A DNA stretch of 64,000 bases from Octopus sinensis (Eukaryota), in assembly GCF_006345805.1 (NCBI RefSeq), contig NC_043011.1:14396464-14460463 (forward strand), read 5' to 3'. Made by a program: the position numbers and the translations under genes. The notes below the pieces were generated by a model that did no database searches, was not told the DNA's origin, and saw only the letters and a list, made by a program, of their open reading frames with translations. Below are positions 53,495 through 64,000 of this stretch, piece by piece. Every line of letters starts with the position of its first letter. Within the stretch, counting starts at the first letter, position 1.

Positions 53495-53740
53495 CTTTGT
53501 TTGTCCCCCACCACCGTCTGACAACCGGTGTTGGCACGTTTGCGTCCTCTAACTCTGCGGTTCCGCTAACTTAGCTATCGATGGAATAGGTACCAGGCTT
53601 AGAAACAAAAAAACAAAAACAAAACAAAACAAAAAACAAAAACAAAAAAAGTAATGGGTTGATTCATTCGACTGGAAGAAATCCTTAAAAGCGCCTTCCT
53701 AGCATGGCCGTAGTATAATGACAGAAAAAAAAGCAGATAA
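53495..53740 (+). mobile_element. SINE family A, 3' half
   Basis: GTTTGTCCCCACCACCGTCTGACAACCGGTG..CTAGCATGGCCGTAG resembles the family A tail. Confidence 0.7.
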
Positions 53741-53927
53741 AAGATATATAGCAAATTAAATGGGTGGCTTATTAGCAATTAGAACCTAAAGGCAAAATTA
53801 ACAGGTCACAAAAATGACAGCGGGTACTCACTAGCACCACGTTTGCTAAAAATAAGAGTTAAAACAACTCAAAAGCCAGTGCTGTTGTGGTTTATGAGTT
53901 GTTCGAACTATATATATATATACACAT

Positions 53928-54260
53928 ACACGGAGATGTACTTGCATAGCGAGTGACTTGATCTGAAATCGTGTGCTGGAACGAAAACAATTGCAGCGTG
54001 GAAGGTGTTTATAAGCCATTTAAGAAACACACGAAAACCGTTAGATTCACTTCAACATTTAAATTTAATTTGTCAAAATATTTTCGTCGCTTTGAGACCA
54101 CGACCTGTTCACTGCTCAGATGCAGCACGAAGTTTTGCCAGAGAACAGGTTGCGGTCTCAAAGCGACGAAAATATTTTGACAAATTAAATTTAAATGTTG
54201 AAGTGAATCTAACGGTTTTCGTGTGTTTCTTAAATGGCTTATAAACACCTTCCACACTGC

Positions 54261-54264
<4 letters not shown>
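53928..54264. mobile_element. Palindromic fold-back element, copy 2
   Basis: Arms 53989-54105 and 54133-54264; the left extension is the reverse complement of the right extension of copy 1 (16884-16928). Confidence 0.85.
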
Positions 54265-54298
<34 letters not shown>

Positions 54299-54304
54299 AA
54301 AGTG

Positions 54305-54495
54305 AGAGTCCTGGCAAATATAAGACTGAGGTTATATTAACGCTACTAAAACGAACATTTGGGTTTTCCGGCTCTGAACATTCTCTTAACATTGAGTTTC
54401 GTATGATTAAGCAATCTTTGACCAACAATAGGTGTTGCTGTACAATACAAGACAAGAATATAATATTCTTCAACGAAAAGCTACTGAAACTTTAA
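54305..54495 (+). mobile_element. PLE reverse-transcriptase thumb fragment (Penelope/Poseidon-like)
   Basis: PGKYKTEVILTLLKRTFGFSGSEHSLNIEFRMIKQSLTNN resembles PxxYKxxVIKTLIxRAxxICSxxxxxxxExxxIKQxLxNN. Confidence 0.55.
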
Positions 54496-55108
54496 AATGA
54501 GTTAACTGATATTGCAATAAAACAACTGAAAGAACCCATAAAATCGGTTAGCTATAGAAAACAGAGATGGATATACATAAAAGTAACACGCAAATAAAGA
54601 ATATTACATTTCCGCAACACGGAATAGTTATTTGTTATGAAGATATTTATATACAAGTGGATAATAAACTTAAAGTAGAAAGTTCTTAAGTGTTGGAAAG
54701 GATTAATAATGTATTGTTTGCAATGACGTTGTAGAACTTACCAATTCTCTTTAACTATTTCATTTGCCCCAGACATTCAAACGTATCCGACTTATACTGG
54801 GCAATAACCATTGCGTCACGCTCTTTCGTAAAGCACATAAATTGTTCAGCCAACGTGGGTCCTATAATGTGACCTATTAGCTTGCTGGAAATCACTCCGA
54901 TGTCTTAAAAATGGTAAGACATATTAATATAGAATATAGACATACACGAGATGATCATGGCTGGAGCGCCTTTTAATAGTAGGACTATTTGACCAGAGAT
55001 GCCTTGTTGCAATAACAACACGTACTGTTTAAATAGTTACTTGCAGTATCTTGGTAACAGCAGTGCGATGAAATGTTTTGATTCTTCATAGTACACAGTA
55101 CAATTAAG

Positions 55109-55532
55109 GGATCTTTTCGGTTTGAACGGCAGTTTTTTTCTAGCGGTGTCATATGAAATTGTCACCCATAATTATGACCCTAGTATCGATCTATTGCATT
55201 TCAATCTGTTTTAGGGTTAGGGTTAAGGTTAGGGGCGGGGGGAAGGGTATCTTTTTTTCTTCACAAATGTAAATAAACCCAATCTGTTTCTTAAACGAGG
55301 GACATATTCATACGGCACAGAATGTTTTCACCTCAATAGACGGTCATTGATTGGTTGAAATTGCAGAAATTGAAGAAAAAAAACAACAAATATCTTATAA
55401 ACTATAGAATTTTCTCAATAAAGTCAAGAGAAAAAAATGTTTTATAGACACATTCTACCAGTATACGAAGTTTAAAATTTTTTAGTTACCTAGAAATTAT
55501 GTTAAAAACAACCGTTCAAACCGAAAAGATCC
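55109..55532 (+). mobile_element. Merlin-like MITE, copy 3, with internal TTAGGG repeats
   Basis: Same TIRs; 8-bp TSD CAATTAAG (55101-55108, 55533-55540); TTAGGGTTAGGGTTAAGGTTAGGG at 55211-55234. Confidence 0.92.
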
Positions 55533-55953
55533 CAATTAAGAAATAACCAAAAATGATGAAGTAGTGTGGGAATTTTAAACTTGTCAATCAAAAATACACG
55601 AATACTAATAATTAAGAAATACAAAAATTGTCATTTTATGTATATAAAAAAATTCGAGGGTAAACTCTGTGCTTGCTTATATAAGGCTTATTACTAATGA
55701 AACACACTGCACTTCTTCCATAGACGGATATCCGAAAATCTCTACGTTACTTTTACTAAGAATTTACAATAAAATATCCTAAAATTATTTATAATTTTCT
55801 ATCACACTAAACTTGATTTCTGAAGTTGAAAATGCCTAACTGAAATATTTACAGAGCAATAGCAAGCGACAAATATAAGATATTTAAATTATACAATACT
55901 TAAATAGATTTGAATCATCTCACCAACAATATAAAAAGGAAAGAAAATGCCAG

Positions 55954-56052
55954 CCCCACGCTGCCGGAGCGTCGTGGAGCTTTAGTAGTTTTCGCTCAAT
56001 AAACACTTACAACTCCCGGTTTGGGAATCGAAACTGTGATCCTATGACCGCG
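55954..56052 (-). mobile_element. SINE family B fragment
   Basis: CTGCCGGAGCGTCGTGGAGCTTTAG..TTTTCGCTCAATAAACAC..GGGAATCGAAAC. Confidence 0.8.
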
Positions 56053-56611
56053 TAGATTTCTATCAACTACCTGCTCATTGAATTAACGTGCAAGTGGCTG
56101 AGTATTCCAAAGACAAGTGTATCCTTATCATAATGTTAAAGTAAAATCAGTGTCATGCAAAGTGACTGGGCCGAACCGTTGAATTACAAGTGCTATCCAT
56201 CTGACGATTTTCCACCCAATTTTCTTCTATCCAATTTCTCACAGAAGGTGTAGGTGGATTCAGGACTCTGGTTAAAGACGATTGCCTAAGATATCACGCA
56301 GTGAATCGAACCTGGATTATCGAACCGTGATTATGGAACTAAATTCTTAACTATTAGGCCATGTTGCAATCGTCAGCAACGATGATACACGCAGCTATTA
56401 GTTTATTTGGTTGTACAAAGAGAACAAAGAGCACTCAATACACTCACTAGAATTTATTGATACGTTTGAAGCTGATAATTTACTCTGTCTCTATTCTGAA
56501 TATCTCGACCTGTGTGTTCGTTAAAAAGTAGCGAAGATTATGCTTATGTCGTTCTTTCATATCAAAGTGGTCTTTCTCAAGCATGTTACTTTAATCTATC
56601 TATCTGTCTTA

Positions 56612-57594
56612 TGTATGTATGCATGCATGCATGTATGTATGTATGTATGTATGTATGTATGTATGTATGTATGTATGTATGTATGTATGTATGTATGTAT
56701 GTATGTATGTATGTATGTATGTATGCATGCATGCATGCATGCATGTATGTATGTATGTATGTATGTATGTATGTATGTATGTATGTATGTATGTATGTAT
56801 GCATGTATGTATGTATGTATGTATGTATGTATGCATGTATGTATGTATGTATGTATGTAAGCATGCATGTATGTATGTATGTATGTACGTACGTATGTAT
56901 GTATGTACGTACGTACGTACATATGTATGTATGTATGTATGTGTATGTATGTATGTATGTATGTGTGAATGTATGTATGTATGTATGTATGTATGTACGT
57001 ACGTACGTACGTATGTATGTATGTATGTATGTATGTATGTATGTATGTATGTATGCATGCATGCATGCATGCATGCATGCATGCATGCATGCATGTATGT
57101 ATGTATGTATGTATGCATGCATGCATGCATGTATGTATGTACGTACGTATGTATGTATGTATTTGTGAATGTATGTATGTATGTATGTACGTACGTATGC
57201 ATGTATGTATGTATGTATGTATGTATGCATGAATGTATGTATGTATGTATGTATGTATGTATGTACGTACGTACGTATGTGTGAATGTATGTATGTACGT
57301 ACGTATGTGTGAATGTATGTATGTATGTACGTATGTGTGAATGTATGTATGTACGTACGTATGTGTGAATGTATGTATGTATGTACGTACGTACGTATGT
57401 ATGTATGTATGTATGTATGTATGTATGCATGTATGTATGTATGTATGTATGTATGTATGTATGTATGTATGTGTGAATGTATGTATGTATGTATGTACGT
57501 ACGTACGTACGTATGTATGTATGTATGCATGCATGTATGTATGTATGTATGCATGTATGTATGTATGTATGTATGTATGTATGTATGTATGTAT
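56612..57594 (+). repeat. ~1-kb (ATGT)n array with GCAT, ACGT and GTGA variant units
   Basis: Read directly; source of the 200-370 aa YVCM/HTYI ORFs. Confidence 0.98.
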
Positions 57595-57838
57595 GTGTGG
57601 AGGTGCAATGGCCCAGTGGTTAGGGCAGCGGACTCGCGGTCATAGGATCGCAGTTTCGATTCCCAAACCGGGCCTTGTAAGTGTTTATTGAGCGAAAGCA
57701 CCTAAAGCTCCACGACGCTCCGGCAGGGGGTGGTGGCGAACCCTGCTGTACTCTTTCACCACAATTTTCTCTCACTCTTTCTTCCTGTTTCTGTTGTATC
57801 TGTATTTCAGAGGGCCAGCCCTATCACACTCTGTGTCA
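57595..57838 (+). mobile_element. SINE family B (tail type 4)
   Basis: GTGTGGAGGTGCAATGGCCCAGTGG head, GTTTCGATTCCC B box, shared body, distinct tail. Confidence 0.88.
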
Positions 57839-58582
57839 TAAGTTTTAGCATTTTATTTAATCTTTTATTTCCTTAAACTATAAAGCACATCATATCTGTT
57901 AAACATATTGAAAGAAGAAAAATAAGCAATGCCTTCTAAGTTCATTTCGTTTATATTTGAAAGTACAGTTTTGATTAAATGGCAGGATGATAAACGAGAT
58001 TTTTTGAAATTCCTTGCTTGTGTTTCATATATCAATATAACATGTTCAATATATGCTGACTTACAATGTGAATTTCCACGGGTCCCGTTTGTTAGTATAT
58101 GATTATGTTTTACTTAACACGAAATGACATAATTTAATCACGTTACGCTAATTCATTTATGTCAGATCTCGAGAAGAAATTGCTTGGATTGCTAAGCATC
58201 AAATTACTCCCAAACATTGGAAACAAAGAGATATTCAGAAATAACTCAACCGCGTTTACAGCTTTACAATATTCAGTTTCAAATCAGTCTATGATTTACT
58301 AAATACAGTTTTGATTCTTTGAGCTTCGTCAGGAGCCATTATTTCCTGGCACTGCATGCTAAACTAAAGCCAGCCGCTACTAATACAATTAAACAGTGAT
58401 TGAAAAGTTATCGAGTTCACATATGGTAGACAAGCTGAATATAAATTCGGTTTTAGCAGCGGAAGCAGTTTAATTTCAAAATAGCAATTTGTTATATCAT
58501 ACTAAGTGCAGATAGACAATACATCTATATGAGATGCTTTCTCGAAAGGAATATGGCAATTTCATCAATATATTTGCTTCAA

Positions 58583-59014
58583 CAAAGGCGGTGAGCTGGC
58601 AGAAACGTTAGCACGCCGGGCGAAATTCTTAGCGTCATTTCGTCTGTTGTTACGTTCTGAGTTCAAATTCCGCCGAGGTCGACTTTGCCTTTCATCCTTT
58701 CGGGGTCGATAAATTAAGTACCAGTTACGCACTGGGATTGATGTAATCGACTTAATCCCTTTGTCTGTTCTTGTTTGTCCCTTCTATGTTTAGCCCCTTT
58801 AGGGCAATAAAGAAATAAGAAACGTTAGCACGCCGGGCGAAATGCTTAGCAGTATTTCGTCTGTCTTTACGTTCTGAGTTCAAATTCCGTATAGGTCGAC
58901 TTTGCCTTTTATCCTTTCGGGGTCGATAAATTAAATAACAGTTGCGTACTGGGGTCGATCTAATTGACTGGCCGCCCCACCAAAATTTCGGCCCTTGTGC
59001 CTAGAGTAAAAAAG
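58583..59014 (+). mobile_element. Dimeric SINE family C, 16-bp TSD
   Basis: Two related monomers (58583-58818, 58819-59014) with different tails; TSD AATATATTTGCTTCAA at 58567-58582 and 59015-59030. Confidence 0.9.
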
Positions 59015-59034
59015 AATATATTTGCTTCAAGAAT

Positions 59035-60996
59035 GTTATATATATATATGAGACAATCCCAGTTCTTTTGTCTGTCTGTCTGTCTGTGTGTTTGTGCGCT
59101 TATAACTGGAGTATTGTTCATCCGATCGCGCTTAAATTTTAAACATGTATACATGAGATAGCGGGGCGTTCCGTAATCTAAAAAGATTTTCAAAATCGTT
59201 AGTTTCAAAGTGAGAATCGCTATTTTTGTAATCTATAATGTCCTGTTTGTTTCCCCATTAAAACAACCAGTTGTTTAGACAGCCGGCATATACCATTTTG
59301 CTAACAACAAGAGGAGTACAGGATGACAGTCAGCCAAAACAGTCGCTATGCTGTCTCTCTTCTTTCCTCTCTCTGTGGGGTTAATAATCTTTATCTTTAG
59401 TTACAGTTTCTTATTCAAACTACATAATAGGTAGAATTGTCGGATTAAGACAGTAGGGTATTTTGAGGGAAATTTGGTTGCTATTTCTACCAGGTCTTAC
59501 GTCTCCATTGTTATGTGACATACTCTCCTATAATACATACCTTATGCTTTCCAAAACCGAGTTACCGATTTTGACGTATGGGGTATCAAAAGATTGAGTA
59601 CTATTTTGGCAACAAATTAAAGTTAATTTCCATTCACATATTTGCATTTCAAATAATCTTTTTCCATAAATCAACTATCATAAAAATTTTATACGATGCC
59701 GTCATATTTTTTATATGTCTGTGTACCTTAAAAGACATCAATCATCACGACACACACCTTCACTCACTCACTCACTTACTCATTCTATCTCTCTTTCTTA
59801 CCCTCTTTCTCTCACATATACACGTGCACGCACGCACGCAAGCACACAAACATACACACGCACACGTCCGTTTCATATAGACGTACATACATCTTTCACT
59901 TTCTTTCTCTGTTATTTTTGCTTTCTCTTCTTTCAATTTCTGCTTTCTTCAAATAAAATTTTTATGGTTACAGCTGCTTACAAAAATAGGGATTAATGTA
60001 TAATTTTTTTCTATGTTCATAATTTTTTGTTTACAATATTGGGAAAAATATGCCACCAAAGAAAGGACGTAATCTCTCCAGAAACAAGTATAAAGCAAGG
60101 AGGATTGTAGAAAACCGAAGACGAGAGTCTGATGAGAGAAGCTAGATGAGATTTTCTCAACATCAGCAAATGCGCGTTGCAGCACTTAATGCTGGATCAT
60201 TAAATCAATGTTGTAATGATTAGACAGAGGTCCAATAGTATAGCTCTCAGAAACAGATTACGTACAAATTCGTTCTTCACAACTCCTGAAGCTGTTTTCA
60301 GATACGATCCATCCCATTCTTATAAAAATAATAACTCTGTCCAAATTGGTGTGCTAAACACAAATTGTCTTTTCTGTAGACCTATAAATGAAACAAATGT
60401 TATGTGCTGCTCAGGCGCTCAGATAATATTGCCAGCACTACTAGCTCCTCAACCTCTTATGGATCTTCTAGAAGGCATTTCCATCCAGTCAGTGGATTTT
60501 CTGAACAATATCAGACAATACAACTCTGCAACTGACATCGTTTGGTGCATCTAAGAAGATAAACATGAATTTACGCCGACATCAAAGTCCAAGGGCAAGC
60601 CTATCACTTCATTGGTTCCCTGTTACCCGCAAATAAACAACCACAGTTCCTCCAAATTTACTTTATGAGTGATGTAGGACAACAAACCCGATGAAGGTGT
60701 CAACATTTCAGATGATGGGTCGTGTTAGATACAGCCCCGACTGCTACAAAAGAGAGTATATCCACTGACAGCTTCTCATTGCGTTCAAAATTTATATTGC
60801 CCCCACAGGTTAGGGCCTGAAATACTCCAAACGGACGCATAGCATGTTGCTTAGTCGAATTAGCCCATCATTTACTCCACAAATGTTTTGTTGTCAATGC
60901 TGCACCTTCCCATATCACCTGTTTCAACATAACTGTAATATATTATATACAAGCTATGCCATTTCAATCCCGAGCAACGCCTGGTTTCTCTGCTAC
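59035..60996 (+). mobile_element. Internally deleted Helitron retaining the RepHel N-terminal region (~60040-60760)
   Basis: FRYDPSHSY..VQIG..C..C..MCCSGAQIILPAL..PQPLMDLL..FLNNIRQYNSA, then FGAS, GQAYHFIGSLLP, PQFLQIYF; 3' CCCGAGCAACGCCTGG..CTAC end; 5' limit approximate. Confidence 0.85.
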
Positions 60997-61008
60997 TATA
61001 TATATATA

Positions 61009-61455
61009 TTGGGTTGGCAAGAAAGTAATTTGGTTTTTCGCAAATAAAGTTACGATTTTTTTAATGACTTTTGTCAATGTTATGATATTTCACATTAGAT
61101 AGTTGTTACTTTTAGCTTACTTTAGAAGCAAATTGTATTTAATTTTGTTCACCGCCGTTCGTTAGTTAGTGTCAACTTCAACATGGAGTGCAAAAACGAA
61201 TATTTTCACTGTATCTTTTTTCCGTAAAGGCAAGAAAGCTGCTGAGGCTCACAAAGAAATATGTGAAGTTTATGGTGCTGATTGCTTAACAGAACGCACA
61301 TGTCAGAAATGGTTTAAAAGACTCCATTCTGGTCGATCTACTGAAGTTGATGATGACCGAATCAAAGCCATTATTGAATCTTGTCATATAACTGTGCGAG
61401 AGATTGCAGAGAAGTTAATTTTTATGCTCTGCAATGACTTGATTCTGAAACGTAC
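61009..61455 (+). mobile_element. Mariner transposon 5' fragment with internal deletions
   Basis: TA|TTGGGTTGGCAAGAAAGTAA TIR; ATG at 61183; FRKGKKAAEAHKEICEVYGADCLTERTCQKWFKR and DDDRIKAIIE..ITVREIAEKL (mariner HTH region). Confidence 0.9.
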
Positions 61456-61559
61456 GTCCGTATGTAACTTAATATAGAATGATTTTCGTCATTTCTTTCT
61501 CTTTTGCCTGCGTCGTTTGTTTTTTAAGTGCTTTGGTTTTACTGGGACCTCCCTTTTAA

Positions 61560-61748
61560 GTAGAAAGAATAGCCAAAACTTTTTGACTGCTATTTCTAAA
61601 TTCGGTGTGTGGTGAGGCAAATCGCTGCTGAACCCTTAATTAATTAGTATTACTTAAACCTTCCTTGAATGGGGTTTTTACATGCCGAACTCTACTTGGT
61701 GAAATTAATGATTATTTCTAAATTAATTAATTTCACCCTTTATTATTG

Positions 61749-61750
<2 letters not shown>
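61560..61750 (+). repeat. Divergent copy of the structured terminal repeat (copy A)
   Basis: Aligns to the reverse complement of 62456-62670 (CTGCTATTTCTAA, CCTTGAATGG, ACTTGGTGAAATT); 3' end abuts (AT)n. Confidence 0.8.
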
Positions 61751-61820
<70 letters not shown>

Positions 61821-61826
61821 ATATAT

Positions 61827-62125
61827 ATAATTTCAACAATTGAGGGCAAAATTAATTAATTATTAATCAATTTCACCAATTGTTCAGTATGCAAAGGGAC
61901 CATTCAAGGCGAATTCAAATTATTACATTATATAAAAGGGCTTAGTAAAATAAATTACTTTGCCGCATACTGAACTCATTAGAAATAGCAGCTAAAAAAC
62001 TTTTTTAAAGCTATTTCTAATACTTAAAGAAAATCTCTCTCATTTAAAAAAGTTTTTTAGCTGCTATTTCTAATGAGTTCAGTATGCGGCAAAGTAATTT
62101 ATTTTACTAAGCCCTTTTATATAAT
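61827..62125 (-). mobile_element. Solo structured terminal repeat with an inverted partial copy (PLE-like architecture)
   Basis: 61827-62042 matches 62456-62672 with about 3 substitutions; 62043-62125 is the reverse complement of 61927-62009; (AT)n on both sides. Confidence 0.85.
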
Positions 62126-62455
62126 ATATATATATATATATATTAACATCTAATGTAGGATAACATTTTTCGAAAAAAATTCTATCAATGGACAGCATAT
62201 TAAAAATACCTTTAAAGGTTAAATTTATAAAAAATTTATAAGTAAGGGCAAAAGAAAAAAATTCTAACTCTGAAATCGGGTCCGATATGGTAATAACGGG
62301 ATTATTTAGAAATTTCTGTCGGCTTTCTTTGAAATGCGTGCTTGTAGTGATAAATTACATGGTTATTGACGTTATGTCTATTTTCGGCATATGTTGGCAT
62401 TATAATTTTTTTCTTTTGACCTTACTTATAAATTGTATATATATATATATATATA

Positions 62456-64000
62456 TATAATTTCAACAATTGAGGGCAAAATTAATTAATTATTAATCAA
62501 TTTCACCAAGTGTTCAGTATGCAAAGGGACCATTCAAGGCGAATTCAAATTATTACATTATATAAAAGGGCTTAGTAAAATAAATTACTTTGCCGCATAC
62601 TGAACTCATTAGAAATAGCAGCCAAAAAACTTTTTTAAGGCTATTTCTAATACTTAAAGAAAATCTCTCTCATATATAGTGTTTGCATAATTTAACTCAC
62701 AAAAGTTTGGGGGTAATGACATCGAAAAATCAAATGCTAAGGTTATTCGAGAACGTACGTTTCAAGATTAGTCAAAACAACATTTCTATCATCGGCTCGG
62801 AAATTCCTTGGTTTGGATTTGGAAACACTGAAAATAAGAACATACCCTCTCGAAGATCTGCTCCCAACTAACAGTGTCAACAAATTCAAAATAAGCAAGC
62901 GAAGAATCTCTGTTCTCCCCTTTCCACCAGCGTGGGTTAAAATCATCAAACTCTATGCTTATTTCGGTAAAGTCCGAAGCATTAATCAGAGGGAGATTAA
63001 TTATAATTTCAACAATTGAGGGCAAAATTAATTAATTATTAATCAATTTCACCAAGTGTTCAGTATGCAAAGGGACCATTCAAGGCGAATTCAAATTATT
63101 ACATTATATAAAAGGGCTTAGTAAAATAAATTACTTTGCCGCATACTGAACTCATTAGAAATAGCAGCCAAAAAACTTTTTTAAGGCTATTTCTAATACT
63201 TAAAGAAAATCTCTCTCATATATAGTGTTTGCATAATTTAACTCACAAAAGTTTGGGGGTAATGACATCGAAAAATCAAATGCTAAGGTTATTCGAGAAC
63301 GTACGTTTCAAGATTAGTCAAAACAACATTTCTATCATCGGCTCGGAAATTCCTTGGTTTGGATTTGGAAACACTGAAAATAAGAACATACCCTCTCGAA
63401 GATCTGCTCCCAACTAACAGTGTCAACAAATTCAAAATAAGCAAGCGAAGAATCTCTGTTCTCCCCTTTCCACCAGCGTGGGTTAAAATCATCAAACTCT
63501 ATGCTTATTTCGGTAAAGTCCGAAGCATTAATCAGAGGGAGATTAATTATAATTTCAACAATTGAGGGCAAAATTAATTAATTATTAATCAATTTCACCA
63601 AGTGTTCAGTATGCAAAGGGACCATTCAAGGCGAATTCAAATTATTACATTATATAAAAGGGCTTAGTAAAATAAATTACTTTGCCGCATACTGAACTCA
63701 TTAGAAATAGCAGCCAAAAAACTTTTTTAAGGCTATTTCTAATACTTAAAGAAAATCTCTCTCATATATAGTGTTTGCATAATTTAACTCACAAAAGTTT
63801 GGGGGTAATGACATCGAAAAATCAAATGCTAAGGTTATTCGAGAACGTACGTTTCAAGATTAGTCAAAACAACATTTCTATCATCGGCTCGGAAATTCCT
63901 TGGTTTGGATTTGGAAACACTGAAAATAAGAACATACCCTCTCGAAGATCTGCTCCCAACTAACAGTGTCAACAAATTCAAAATAAGCAAGCGAAGAATC
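62456..64000. repeat. 546-bp tandem array (2.8+ near-identical units, continues beyond the window)
   Basis: Unit starts at 62456, 63002 and 63548; the ORF track recurs with period 546. Confidence 0.98.

Noticed and set aside
56512-57701. Long ORFs of 200-371 aa (YVCM/HTYI)
   Set aside because: Translations of the (ATGT)n array; stop-free by repeat composition.
62505-62615. SECIS or hammerhead reading of CTAATGA-GTTCAGTATGC...GAAA in the structured terminus
   Set aside because: No 3' GA quartet for SECIS; for a hammerhead G5 is A, 7 extra nt precede GAAA, stem I does not form, and ATGA is absent in copy A.
62955-62995. Hammerhead-like CTGATTA..CCGAAA on the minus strand of the array body
   Set aside because: Core is CUGAUUA, an insertion precedes stem II, and the pairing is a nested hairpin rather than a three-way junction.
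62683-63963. Identical short ORFs recurring every 546 bp as a gene cluster or CRISPR-like array
   Set aside because: Consequence of the tandem repeat; units are identical with no variable spacers, and no cas genes are present.

Overview
AT-rich, microsatellite-dense eukaryotic genomic DNA with one 100-N gap (30244-30343). The SINE families and repeat style suggest an octopod cephalopod (inference). No host protein-coding exon or structural RNA gene can be supported; nearly all listed ORFs are microsatellite or repeat artefacts. The window is a mosaic of transposable elements: a near full-length degraded RTE LINE with nested SINEs, R4-like, Tx1-like and deleted-RTE LINE fragments, four tRNA-derived SINE families (several with clear TSDs), three copies of a Merlin-like MITE with 8-bp TSDs, many Helitron ends and RepHel remnants, piggyBac and mariner fragments, fold-back elements and several Penelope-like element (PLE) remnants. 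Three different type I hammerhead ribozyme families occur (one intact at 13146-13192). The most notable unexplained signal is a ~215-bp (TA)n-anchored terminal repeat (61560-64000) whose divergent copies keep three stems through compensatory and G-U changes. It is amplified in a near-identical 546-bp tandem array that runs off the window end.
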